A stretch of DNA of 64,000 bases from Callorhinchus milii (lineage: Eukaryota): the NCBI RefSeq assembly GCF_018977255.1, contig NW_024704743.1:94676001-94740000 (forward strand), given 5' to 3'. The notes below the pieces were generated by a model. That model saw only the letters and a program-made list of their open reading frames with translations. It searched no databases and was not told the origin of the DNA. Every line of letters begins with the position of its first letter. Positions within the stretch are counted from its first letter, which is position 1. Both the position numbers and the translations under genes were made by a program. Positions 38,933 to 51,697 of this stretch are shown piece by piece.

Positions 38933-41197
38933 GTAGCAGTATTTCAATTGAGGTACACTTGCACTTTACCAAAGGATCGAAGCCCAGGATTCCATGCCTG
39001 CCACTCAAGCCTGACTGCTTTAGTTAGGTGAAGTTTATAAATTCTTTGCTGGATGGTAAAACTTAACCCCGGGTTGGCCAAAGTGTTCTATTTCAAAAAC
39101 ACTAAAAAGCTGAATTTTAAAAGGTCAATTATGAGCAATGTGTAAACCATTTGCAAGCACTGGTGTGTGTATATTTGAAATCACAAGTTAATTAGGTAAT
39201 TAACAACCAATTATTTTCATTCTATTAACATGTGACATATGATACAGGGGAACCTTGTTATAACACTTTTCGATGTAGCTATTCTTTATCACAAGTGCAG
39301 TAAACCTAGTTTCTGGGCCTTACAAGTTGGCTTCTTGTGCAAAATAATGGTCAACTTCCAGGTCATCAGGTTGCCGTTGACATAACTTTTGCTGCACACT
39401 ACATGCTGCACCTGTACCATGCAGGAAGCACCACTATCATTTTGCCTACATATCCATCCTAACACTAATGTAGTGTACTCAGCTGATCTCACCTTGCAGA
39501 GCTTGCAGCCTAATGGTCAATCTAAGCTGCCCTGTGGTGATCACAGTGCGACCAGCACAGCTCTATTCCTCCTCTCAGTGGTATTCTGAGTAAATGGTGC
39601 CAGTGTTATGGAGGGAGTGGTTTCATCTGAATAATTGCTATCGCTGTTTGACCGATGAAAAAATGAAAGCCAGTGACACCACAAATAGTATCAAGACACA
39701 AATGCTGTTCTAACATCACTGGCTGAAAAAACACAACCATGCAATGTTTCATCTGTCTTCTTGATCATGCGATGCATTTCATCAAAACATTCTTGAAGAG
39801 GTTTGAAGTCTGCTTGATGAGGTGATTGGAAACAACAGTAAATTCAATGGGGCAGATTCTGTGTTCTTCTGGTGGTGCACATCAGGCTGTCACCCTTTCT
39901 GTTAGTATCAAATAGAGTATCCATAAATAAACAGTAACTACACTAAATATTGGTTGGCCAGACCAATTTGAGGGGGAGGCGGGGGAGATCTGGCCCAGCA
40001 CGCCAGAATTTTGGCTAAGTGCAATTACAATTTTGGTACCGACATTTACCAGATTTTTTCATTGATGAAACCATGCCAGCAAAAGCCAGTATCAACAGTG
40101 TAATTGTTTGAATCCCGCGAACAGAAGATAGCGAGTAAGCTACTTTCTGCTCACAGGATTCAAATTGAGGCAAAGTGGCTATTGCTGAAGGTGAGGAGGG
40201 CGGCTTGTGCTAGCCGAGTGGGCTGGAGGGAGTTTACGAGTTTACATGCTTGCAGGCCTGCAAAATATTTTCTGTTTCCAGTCCGGTCTGGCGAAGTCCA
40301 AATTCAGGATATCTGGAGTCCGGTAAGATGGGGGTTTACTGTATATATTTAGTTATTTATTTGGCTTAGGTTCAAAAGTGTAATATTGCTGCAGCATTGA
40401 GCAGGTTAACTGTGGTGTCCTGGCCAATAATCCTCCAAATTAATTGGTCATTCACCTGCTGATTGTGGGACCTTGCTGTGCATAAATGGCTGCTCCTCTT
40501 GCCTACAAAATCAGGCAATACACATGACAGTAATTATTTGTGAAGTACTTTGAGGCATTGCGATGTGATAAGCCATTTAGAAATGAAAGTTCTTTCCATT
40601 TTACCATAGGGGGATTATCTCAGTACCCATTGAGACGATTTCATACTGTAAATTACAGTGGGTCATGATTCTCTGGAGCTGGGACAACTTCCTTGATTCT
40701 TACTGGCTTCTCAGTGTGTAGTAATAATAATAATCCTTTCATTTGATATAGTGCCCATCACAAAATGTGTCCAAGCACTTCAAAGGATTTACTGTAAAGG
40801 ATAATGACTATATTTGGAGGTGAAAATAGCAGCCAATTTGCACACAGCAAATGTCTCAAGAACAGCCAATGAATTATAAAGATGCATTTTGTTAATTGTT
40901 TTTCACCTGTGCAGAGCGGCTTATGGTGAACATGCTCTTTCTTCTAGAGCCGGCTGGACTTTTAACTGCTTCATTGACATGAAGGCACGAGTCTGTCACG
41001 AGCTGACCTCTAACTGGTGATCTTTTAGCTACTTGTTTATAATGTGGAGCCAGCGTCTCCCCTAAATTTAAAGTTTGATTGAAAGCTTTCTACGCAGCGT
41101 GTGCTGGTTTGCTTAGAGTATCATCTGTTTGTTCCATCCCAGACAGGATAAACTTTATTCGTCATTAAAAATTCTCACTCCTGACTTTTTTTTGCAG

Positions 41198-41390
41198 GAT
41201 GAGCCCATTGCAGTGAGCAAACAGTGGATGAGAGAATCAACCCAGGTCACTTACACAACCCCAGCCGTTTCATACTCTCAGGAGCTAATGTACATTAATG
41301 GCAATGCGAGCTACAGTTACCATGGCTACGGAGGGCTGGGTAGTGGGAAGCAGAATCCATCTTCTTTATCAAGTGATGGTACTAACAGCG
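41198..41390 (+). CDS. NOL4: NOL4 penultimate coding exon (DEPIAVSKQ...DGTNS-G)
   Basis: T9-gcag acceptor, gtaggt donor, 193 nt, phase 0/1; YINGN.SYSYH.Y.GLG motif of NOL4. Confidence 0.9.
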
Positions 41391-41506
41391 GTAGGTTCAG
41401 TTTGAATATCCCTTCTTGACCGGCAGTAAGATTTTAGACAATTCTGCATTAAGAATTAAAGCAATTTCTGGATTAAACCTTTGCACTGGTCATGTTGTTG
41501 GTCATT

Positions 41507-41524
41507 TATATATATATATATATA
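41507..41524. repeat. (TA)n microsatellite
   Basis: Direct reading. Confidence 0.8.
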
Positions 41525-41672
41525 TGTGTATGTGTGTGGCTCTAAAGTGTGAAGCGTCTTGTCACTCGAAAGACGATTACAGAGTAGGGCTGAGCTCCGG
41601 GTTGTAAGAGAAGGATTTAAACGCAGCAAGTGAGCAAAGAGATTAAGTATGTTTTGTCCACATTAATCCTGT

Positions 41673-41772
41673 TTCAAGCATCCCAAAGCAGTGCACCAGG
41701 TGCAAGCGTAAAGTCATAGGTGGTTATACAGGAACTTTAGTAAGATTTATCTTCCTGCCTCACTTAGTACAA
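41673..41772 (+). repeat. Direct repeat of about 99 bp, copy 2
   Basis: See 38834-38932. Confidence 0.85.
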
Positions 41773-42141
41773 ACCGCTGATGTTAATTTAAAAGCCTTCA
41801 TTGTTAGCAGAAATCATCGTGCTGAAAAATCATTTAGTCATGTAATTCATCCAGAAAACACCTTGAAGCACTAATCATCTGATAGAATATAAAATTCTCG
41901 TTATAAATCGGATATATTCTTCAAGTTTTACCAGTATTTTATCAGCTCTTACATTTGCTACACAAATGCTGTGGGGAATGGTTTTAATGTTAAATATGCA
42001 AGATTGCCTGTTTTCTTCGGTCTGTGTCCCCATTAATCTGTAGCCAAAACAGAAATAACGAGTATCTCAAGATGAAGTATAATAATACTGTATGTCAGAA
42101 ATGCATCCATCTGTAGAGTAATGTTTCATTTCTATTTAAAG

Positions 42142-42344
42142 GCCCTGCAGATCTCAGTGTGAAGAAACCACTTGCATCACACTCTGGGTCCTCCAACATT
42201 AACAATTCCAAAAGCCCGCCGGCACAACTGAGTCCCACTGAAATAAACGCAGTTCGGCAGCTTGTTGCAGGATATCGGGAGTCAGCAGCCTTTCTACTCC
42301 GCTCGGCAGATGAACTAGAAAATCTGATTTTACAGCAGAATTGA
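42142..42344 (+). CDS. NOL4: NOL4 last coding exon (GPADLSVK...[39 protein letters not shown])
   Basis: aag acceptor, phase 1 completes Gly; the C-terminus matches NOL4; TGA at 42342-42344. Confidence 0.93.
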
Positions 42345-43068
42345 CCTCTATGAGCTTTGCATTGATCTGCCCCTTTCCTAGAGTTATCCTGTTGGTGTTT
42401 CAATTTCTGGGCTTCTCTCTTTTACTGGACAGTTCTATGGGGGGGGACAAAAAAGCTGTCGTAGTATCATGTCCTACCCCTGAATGTGAAGTAATGCTTT
42501 GGACTGTTACATCTGATCTTTTTATGAAGAGCCTTCTTGTTTGCAGCCTGAATGAAGCTGCTGCCCATTCTACTTCATACGTTCTAACTGAGGTCACTAA
42601 CAGAACATGATCACAAATTGGTTAACCATCTTCAGTGACTTAGTCGCCAAGTAAAAGCTGCAACAGCATCAATATCGTCTTACGTTCCAAGTGCAATATG
42701 AGTTAAAGGTGCTACTGAGTTTACGTTGGACAAATGCAGAGATTAAGAATTTAAAAAAAGTATTTGTCTATGAAAAAGAATAATGTTGCTCTTAATGTTG
42801 GAGTATAGTTCTGGTTTTGTGGTGGGGGGCAGAGGTAAGGTGGGAGGAGGGCTGCTAAACGAATATCATTTAATATACTGGGTGTACGTATGCCTTGGGT
42901 GGTCACACATCCCCTCCTCTCTCACATGCACCTTTGACATATGTATGGGTTATTTCCTGCTGGCTGCTCTGGTGCCTGTGTAAAATGCAACTGAACGCAA
43001 AATGAACAAGTTGTTCATTCGATTGGTTTGAATCTGATGTTTGTTGGAAAAATAAACAAAAAAAAACC

Positions 43069-43293
43069 TTTTGACTGTGGGATGTATTTCACTGTTTAGG
43101 TTGTATATTTTGCAAGTAACAATCTTTGTACAGTTTCATTTTACAGAATTCTATTCAAAGGAGGCCATGGGACATTTTTGACTGTGGGATGTATTTTGCT
43201 GTAGGTTGTATATTTTGCAAGTAACAATGTGAAATCTTTGTACAGTTTCATTTTACAGAATTCTATTGAAAGGAGGCCAGGAGACATTTTTGA
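43069..43293 (+). repeat. Tandem duplication (period about 107 bp, two copies) in the NOL4 3'UTR
   Basis: TTTTGACTGTGGGATGTATTT...GGAGGCCA.G.GACAT repeated from 43069 and 43176. Confidence 0.92.
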
Positions 43294-43953
43294 TGTGATG
43301 TGCAAAATGTGCAGTTTGCTGCAATATTTTGTGTGCAAGATTCTTAAAGCTGTGCTCTGTACTGACTGGATGCAGTTCTCTCACAATTACTGTGGGTGTA
43401 CTTATATTCTGTCACTTATTTTATAAATTATTAATTATACATAAATTGATGTTTAGTTTGAGTTGTTTAAGACCATTTTATCTGTTCTACTTGGGGGAAT
43501 AATGCTTTTGCCTTTCATGTTTAACTATAATTTAAATTTTGTATTTCTGCTGTGCAGTTAGTGACGAGGTATAGTTGGTTTTCCTGTATAGGTTCTACCG
43601 TTGTGAATTCCTTAACAAAAATTGTCTTATTCACGTTGATTCCCACTTACATTTTTGATAATTGTGTTAATTGAACTGGTAACATTTTGAGTAAATGTGA
43701 ATTAGTGTTTTTCAATTTGTTAACAACTCCTGACTGTGATTGTGAACTCCGTTCTGTGCACTTTGTTCTATAGTAATTGGACAGCACTGACATCTGAAGC
43801 TTTTTGTAATGTTGATTTGATTGATATATTGCTTTACAAAGTCAAAATCGTTGGTATTGTAGGTGAATATAAATGTGAAAAAAGAGACACTGCTATTATC
43901 CAAATATTTGTGGGGTTTTCCTTTTACTGCAGCGTATACCTCTTATTAGAACC

Positions 43954-43959
43954 AATAAA
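43954..43959 (+). terminator. Candidate NOL4 polyadenylation signal AATAAA (another at 43051)
   Basis: Canonical hexamer at the end of a U-rich, transposon-free stretch of about 1.6 kb after the stop. Confidence 0.45.
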
Positions 43960-45584
43960 TATTGACCAAAAATTACAGTTTCAAAACATCTTCACAGATA
44001 ATAAGGTACAAGAAAGTATCATTCTAGTGAATTCCAGTGATTTTGTTTCCCAGTTAATAAGAACTAATTTTGATGAATTTGAGATGCACATACTTTGTAT
44101 CAGTCAGGAAACATTATTACAAGTAGTTGACGGGTTACTGCTTTATATCTGAGGCTTTAGTGCCAGCACTAGCCAATTAACTTTGAAGCAGGTCTCACTG
44201 AGGTACGGCAATCTGGTTGCTGTGAAATCCTGTTTCAAATGTGCATTTGTTATTACTATTACCAATATGTTAGCACTGCTTCAAGTAAATGCTACTAACA
44301 CCAGAAAAAGATGCTGAACCAACATTTTAGGAATTGTATAACCAAAATTGTTGGTAGTATTGTAGTGCTCCAACTAGGAGCCATTTCAGCAAATGTGCCC
44401 CAAACTGACTAAAAGTTCACAATATAGACTGCATGTTGAGTCTGAGATACCACCTGTCGTGAATGATTCTTACAAAACTGATCTTTTTTGTGCATGGCCA
44501 CTGCAGAACATTTTTGAAACCTTGACAGCTGTTTGGCCTTCTGTCCGCTCAATACAGTTCAGCCCACCCTGAACAGGAAGCTATAGTAACTGGAAAGAAT
44601 AGAAGACCCTAACTGCTCAATTAAAACCAATTCTAGAGTCACAGCCTTGAGCGAAAGCACCTTTAGAGTGTTATTCTGTTGCTTTGAAATGCTGCTTCCT
44701 CCTTATCCCAATATAACAATGCCTTATTTATTATTTTACATCTCACAGATGCTATGAAATTTATAATAATTATTATAATAACCCTTGCATTTGATATACG
44801 GCCTGATCACATCTTCGCAACGTCTCAAAGCACTTCACAGAATATACTGTAAAGATTGTAATTTTGTGGGTGCAACGCGGCAGCCAATTAATGTCAGAGA
44901 TGTTGTTGTATAACATGATCCCATGGTACAATCAGACATTTTCTGTACACAAAACATTTTTGTTCCCTCAATGAATTTCCTCCCAAACATCTTATCTGCA
45001 TATTTATTTGTGTGCATATAAGGGTGATCCATTTGGGTTTCCTTATGTCTCTAGTCCAGAGCAGCCTCTGACCTCATTTTTGATGCAATTAAATGTTTCA
45101 TCAGCCAGATGTCTTGACACATGTGGAAACCCATCACGAAGCTTAAGAGTATTCAAACCAGATTGATAATTTTACATATGTACACCACCTACATATGGAA
45201 ATTTTCTATGTCTGGGATGGTATGTTACCTTGCTTACCTAATCCTGGAAAGTAGTAGGCTCAGCTTGGCAAGAGGCAAAGCTTTGGGACCCTTGATTGTG
45301 TGTGCATTATAATAACAACAACTTGCATTATGATAGTGCTCCTCATGCAAGGAGTCCTCAAAGACATGAGGATACTCCTGGAGTTTAATGAACAATGTCT
45401 GACAAGCTTCCTGCTGCTTAGGGCCATCTTATCCGTTAGGGCTTTGGCTTGGTGGAGACAAGTGGGAAGAACTGTTCCCAGCCTGCCCCTTTTAAACCCA
45501 GCAACAGACCAGACTGGCTGGTCTGTTATCAGCAGTGCCCTGGAGGGCACCCCCTCTAACCTCTCTCCCCACAGCAGTACCCGC

Positions 45585-45877
45585 TGCCTCTGATCTCCTA
45601 GGTTTGGCCTCTTCCATGTCCCTCGAATCCTTCGCTCCACCATCGGCAACTGTGCTTTCAGCCACTACACCCTGAGATTTTGGAACTCCCTCCCTCAACC
45701 CCTTCGCCTCGCCCCCTCCTTCCCCATCTTCAGGTCGTGCCCTGAAGACCTTCCTCAACCACCGCGCCTACGGTCACCTTCCCCCTCCCCCTGACTCAGC
45801 CTCGGGCTCTGCCATTGTTAAGTGCTCTGAAACGCCACCCGGTGTGGAGTGCACTATATAAATGCAAGTTGTTGTTG
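45585..45877 (+). mobile_element. 5'-truncated L2 3' end, second tail family
   Basis: AFSHYT..FWNSLP remnant; tail AGTGCTCTGAAACGCCACCCGGTGTGGAGTGCACTATATAAATGCAAG(TTG)n. Confidence 0.8.
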
Positions 45878-45927
45878 ACTGCAGCCCTTAGTGGCTCAGG
45901 AACTGGACTGCTGAGACCACCACAGAA

Positions 45928-46246
45928 GAGTCCTGTAGCTCAGTGGTTAGAGCACTCACTTTGCAAGTGAGAGACCTGAGTTCAATTCCAGGCAGGGCGA
46001 AACCTTGGGCAAGTTTCCTTACTCCACACGCCTAATAATAATCCCTCCAAAACCAAAAACAATAATAAATTGGTCATTTTCAATCTACGACTGTTTGTGG
46101 GACATTGCTGTGCGCAATTGGCTGCCACGTTCGCCCACAAATATACAGTCAATTCACTTTACGGTGTGTTCTGTGAAGCGCTTTGGGACGTCCTCCCAAA
46201 GTGAAAAGCGCTATATCAAATGCAAGGATTATTGTTATTATTATTA
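45928..46246 (+). mobile_element. Young tRNA-derived SINE (copy 6)
   Basis: Full head-body-tail match; intact A and B boxes. Confidence 0.93.
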
Positions 46247-46671
46247 AGATCGACTCAATTCTGATATTCCATTGCCAAATACATTACTTTGGGGCCAGCA
46301 CAGAAACTTTCCTTGTTTTCCACCAAGTGGGAAATGACTAATTGGATATCTGTTAGACAGGATTGAGCCTTGTCTACATGGATAGTAGCTGTTGGGAACT
46401 GTTTGTGCGGCTGTGTCCTAGGGCTTAGCATGAAACCCTATTGAAAATACATTTTATGACCCTGAATTGTACTCTTTATGAATGTTTTATTTCTTGTCTT
46501 TGACACAGAGTGTTTCAGTGATGTGGACTGAAATGCTTGAACAGTACATATTAAGTTTGTTTTCCAGTATTGTTCAGGATATCTTGGATACTTTAGAAAG
46601 TAAACTGTGAGGAAGGGGTGTGAATTCCATGGAGAAACAATGGATAAATGGGAGCAATTCTCTGAAAATAT

Positions 46672-47075
46672 CAACAACAAAGCACCTTTCATTTTGGGAG
46701 GATATCCAAAAGCACTGGACAGTTCGAGCTCGGTATTGGATTTGGGAGGGTTTGGGGCCAACGGGGAGTGGGGTGGGAAGACGACCGAAGGTGCGGTCAA
46801 AGAGGAAGGTTCTTGACATGGTTCTTGAAGGATGTGGCAAAATGGGTGAGGTGAAGTAACTGGGATGAAGTTCCAGAGAGTGGGGGCAGAAAGGCCCGAC
46901 TGTCAATGGTGGGCCAGGCAGGGTGGGGGACATGAAGCAGGCCACTGCCTGCTGAGTGGAGGGAATTGGTAGGGTTTCAGAAGGTCACACAGATAGGATG
47001 GGGCAATACTGGAGGACTATAAAAGTGAGGATAAGGAACTTGAACTCAATCCTATGGGGAATGGAGAGTCATTGG
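46672..47075 (-). mobile_element. L2 3' fragment
   Basis: Minus strand WLSIP.RIEFKFL and FLFDRTF remnants, then the tail. Confidence 0.75.
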
Positions 47076-50000
47076 AACCATGATGTGGGTGATGCTCTAG
47101 AAGAACCTGATGGATATGGGGAGGACGAGCTGCAAGATCAATCTGCTCAAATGATGCCAAAGCCGCCACCTTATTGTTGTGAAAACCGGCAGACTTGGGG
47201 GAGCAAATAAAATAACAGAAATCTCAAAAATTAACTGAAATCAGTTGGGCCCAGAGTGATCTAGATTAGCAGTGTGCTGGCAAGATCAGATGTTTTTACC
47301 ATTCAGTTGGATAAGTATCTTATGACCAAAAAAATGTCAGTGCAGGCTCCCTCCCACCCACAAGCGCTGACTGATCCATTACAGTATGGTGACTCTCCTG
47401 TGCCTGAGGTCTCCAGCAGGCTACCAGAGAATAATAGGTTTAAGAATAAAAATTGGGGTCAATTTGTGGGTCAGATTAACAAACCATGTGCAATCTCTGT
47501 GGATTGGGTTAACCAGTTGTGCATAGAATTATGGGTGCTACAACTCTAATCCTTTTCATTGCTTGATAGTTACATCAATTTAGGGCACCTGTGTGTGTTT
47601 GCAAATTGATTAATCCAACCAACAAATGAAACCCCAAACATGTTAACTTGAAAAGACATCCCCTTTAAACATGTTCACTAGCATTCAGTTATGCCTCATA
47701 GAATGATAATACCCATTATGCTGCGTTTATTTTATTTTGAGCAGGGAAGACTGAAGTAATTCTATTGTTTCTTAATATATTACCTTTGCCCCTAAACTCA
47801 GTCAGTTCACTGATGGCAGAGGTTCTGCTGAAAACATACAATGGCTTCTAATCCTTTTCTTTGTGAATGAGTCTCTGCAACTACCTCCAACAAGGTCTCG
47901 AACTTCACTGTTTAACTATTGACCTGTAATTTCATTTTCTGGTTCTGTTTATTGAATTCACAACAAAATTTAAACATGAAATCCTTTTAGCAGAAGAAGC
48001 TGTTAATAGACACATTTGCATTTGTATATGGAGCAGAGTGGCTGAAGCCTACTGCCAATAATGACATAAACACAATCTGAGCTGCCCCCATTCCCACTGC
48101 TCTGCTCAGTGGGGCAGCTCTGAACGCATGTGCAAAGGCTGGCTGGATGCCAAGCAGTGTGGGTTCAGGCACTGCTGACACTGGCTCATTAGCATGCGTT
48201 GCCAGGCAATCTCAGTCCCTGCTTGAAGAGAGATTCTGGGTTTGGACGGTGGGGGGAGAAAAAAGCATTTCCATTACAGCGCCCTTGTAATTGTGACAGT
48301 TGTGCCCGTGTCCCTTTGGTGTTCACAATCAGATCGCAAGATCGAATTCATACACAACACAATTAGTCTGACAGCAGCACATGATTTAAAAAAGGTTAAA
48401 AGTGTGAAAAAGCTTTTGACTTTGGGTCCTGGACATCTATCTTTCTCGTTCATGTTGTAAGTGCAAACGCATTATGGCTCAGTGGGCATGTTTATAGCTG
48501 CCACCCTCTACCCAAGCTCTCGATTGCACCACCAGTCACTTCTCCCTCCCCATCTCTCTCCCTCCCATCTCCCTTGCTCGGCATCAACACACACCACTGT
48601 GCAGCACTCCCAAGATACTCCACATCAATGTTTATATCGCCTGGCTCTCGGGATAATATTCTCTACAATTAGTGGCGGGCTAGTAGCTGCTGATTTTCTA
48701 AGATTCTAGCGCCTTGGCTTCTCTGCCCATTGTGGGTATTTTTTAAAAAAATCATATTATATTTCCAAAATTAAAATTTCACTTTTTTTTATTAAAAGAA
48801 CGTATGAGGAAGAAGAAAGAATTAAACCGATGCCCAAAAGGTGTTTAACAATAAATATTTTATTCACTGGTTTCAAATAATTTATAGTTCATACTACCAT
48901 AAAATTATGTCTTATTACTATAATTGTTCTCAAAAGTAACTCTTCTGTTTTAATAACTGATACCCAACTTTGCCAAAAAGAGAACACATTCTGACAGCTT
49001 ACCTCCAAGACGGCCTCTCGGGAGGACAATATCTCGGATACAATTTGGATTCTGCTTGTTCAGGTCATTGTGAATAAGCAGTAACGGTGTTCCAATTTAC
49101 AAAGTCAGTCTGTAAACTAGCATCAAACCATTCACCTCCTTTTGTGACTTCCTGAAGAATAGCCTGCCCATAGCCGTTTAATTTGACATTCTTTCATTTT
49201 TGACACAGACCATGTAAAAGGTATTGCGCACAAGCCATTTATTTCTAATCACCGAATCCTTTGGTAAGACCCAAGCCATTGTCAACAATAAGCATCTCCC
49301 AGAGTGGTGCCTGCAATACAGGCAGGTGTCAGTTTTAAATATAGTTCTCACTCTCAAAGTCCCCAGCCAGCCAGCCAGCCGGCACCTGGCAACCTCCTGC
49401 TGAATAACAGCCTCTGTCATTGCTCCAAAGCACCAGCTGCCGGCCTGTTGAACAAACAACAGGTTCTGCACCTGCTGCAGGAAGAACCTGAGCTGGCAAT
49501 CAGGTTACATCCCCATCCCCGTGGATTGGCCTTTGACCCATGATTTGCCGTGCTTAAAGTACCTCAAACACAAGACCTTTCTCTCTCACTGGAAAGGCCA
49601 CAGTAATTCTTCCATTGGTGCAGTACAATTCCAGCTTTACCACATTAGGGTTGTCTTGCCTGGTTTGAGTGGACCAGTGAAAGCGTTCTCTTGTTGTTTG
49701 CTTCTCAAATAGAGCCCAGCTGTGTTTTCTCCCATTGGCTGAATTTGCAGGCACACAGCACATTTCCATCGTTTCTAGGAGTCATTCCTCTGAGTGTAAA
49801 GTCAACACTGCTGAAAACCTGCATTTAACCTTATCAGCTAAATTTAAGACTAAGTTTAGATACATGTAACCTTTGCAAATTTAAACATGACATCCAGCAT
49901 ATAAGTAGCAGCATCCTGGAAAGGCGATAAATGAATCGGGAAATGTTACTTGGCTTTGGAGGTTTCTCTGGTGGTGGAGAATCTAACCTCGTTGTCGGGC

Positions 50001-50339
50001 AAATGAAATATAGCTACCACAGCTTTGAATGTTAGGCACACAACACATCTTCCTTCTATCTGTCTGTCTGAACAGATCAATAAGCTGTTATGCTTTTTTT
50101 TGGAACGTCTGAGTCAACTGTCTTCTGCTGAATTTGCAAATCCAAATCCTATGGCAATCCATTATATTAAAACAATAAAATAACATTGTAGTCAGAAGAG
50201 CACATCTACTCTGAGATAAAGCAATATCTCTGTATGTAATATATTTTTTGAAATTTACACAAACATTTAGTTATGATTGCAGTTAATAATAAGTAGAGTA
50301 ATAATAAAATATCTTTTAAGAGTTATAATAAAATATCTT

Positions 50340-50660
50340 CAGGTGCCCCACTCCACCGTCAGCAGGCGGGCTTTCAACTTATCTGTCCCACACTCTCTGG
50401 AACTCCATCCCGAGCCCCTCCAACTCACTCCCTCCCACATCTTGTTCAATGTCTGTCTTGAAACCTTCCTCTATGCCCGCATTTTGAGTTATCTTTCCCC
50501 ACTCGGCTCCCATTCCCAGCACGAGTGCCAAGCCATCAACTGTTAAAACTCCTCGAGACATACTTCCAATAACAACTTGCATTTATATAGCACCATTTGG
50601 TAGCATCTCGGAGCGTTTTATACCAATGTAAAAGGCACTATACAAAGGTAAATTTGTATT
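50340..50660 (+). mobile_element. Old L2 3' fragment with a nested antisense tail
   Basis: RAF...LWNSIP remnant; tail interrupted at 50571-50622. Confidence 0.65.
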
Positions 50661-51464
50661 GTTTGTATTGTGTCTGTGAGGCAGCTTATATAATGTAATG
50701 GTAGATAAGTACACCAGTATTCTGCTTGATCTTTCTTTACAGGGTAAGTAGGAATTTTGCAGAATGATTCCTCAACTGATTAAATGGCTTACAGTCATGA
50801 CAGAGATAACACATTGGCTGGCTCATCTTTCGTAGTTCAGTGCTTTCTTGTTATGTAAGGATTGTTGTTATTGGTGTCTAAAATATTTGTGACGGGATGT
50901 TGCAAATAGCAACTCCTGCCAGTAACATGAAGTATGTCACACCAATACCCTCCTGGTTACTGTGTCCACTGCTTGAACACTACTGTGCTCCATGGCTAAT
51001 TTCTAATGGGGTCTGAGGAGCAAATGGTGACTCCTGCCTGGAACCGGATGTACATCCCACAATCTGCGAGGCTGACGCTCCTATATGCTCCTCCCTATGT
51101 GAAGGTGCTACAGCAAATACAAGACTTTTTTTTAAACCTTTAATAAACCAGAGGAACCAAATGAAAATTTCTGCAACTGAGAAAATCATAGTTTCTCCGA
51201 TGAAAAATAAGTCATGAAGTGAATCTGTAATAAAGAAATTACATTAGAATTAGTCACACAGCAGTGCGCTGACATTGTTTGCAATCCATAACCACAATTC
51301 CCAGGTGCAGGTTAATGAACAGAAGAAGCCAAGAGAATCATATCACAATGATTTTTATGGATGCATTGTAATTAACCTGTGAATGTAAAGATGACTTTTA
51401 TTTTGTTAAATAATTGCTGTGTGCAAATTGGCTGCAGCATTTGCCCACAAACAGTCACTCCACA

Positions 51465-51697
51465 ATACAATACAAAATTACATTTGTATATCGCCTTTCA
51501 CGTCAGGAGGACGTCCCAAGGTAGTGGACAGTCAGAGATTTGGACCTGAGCAGGGAGTTGGGGTCAGGGGCAGTGGAGGGCAGGGGGGTAGGAGAGCGGC
51601 CGAAGGTGCTGTCAAAGAGGAGGGTCTTGAGACGTGCCTTGAAGGAGTAAACAGAGGGAGCAAGGCAAAGGGAATGGAGTTCTAAGGGCTGGGGGCA
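51465..51697 (-). mobile_element. L2 3' end inserted into a + strand SINE tail (51415-51770)
   Basis: SFKARLKTLLFDSTF and tail on the minus strand; the SINE halves lie on both sides. Confidence 0.8.

Noticed and set aside
45928..46000. tRNA-Ala(TGC) gene (and the same at the other SINE heads)
   Set aside because: No proper acceptor stem, and it continues directly into a SINE body and tail repeated six times.
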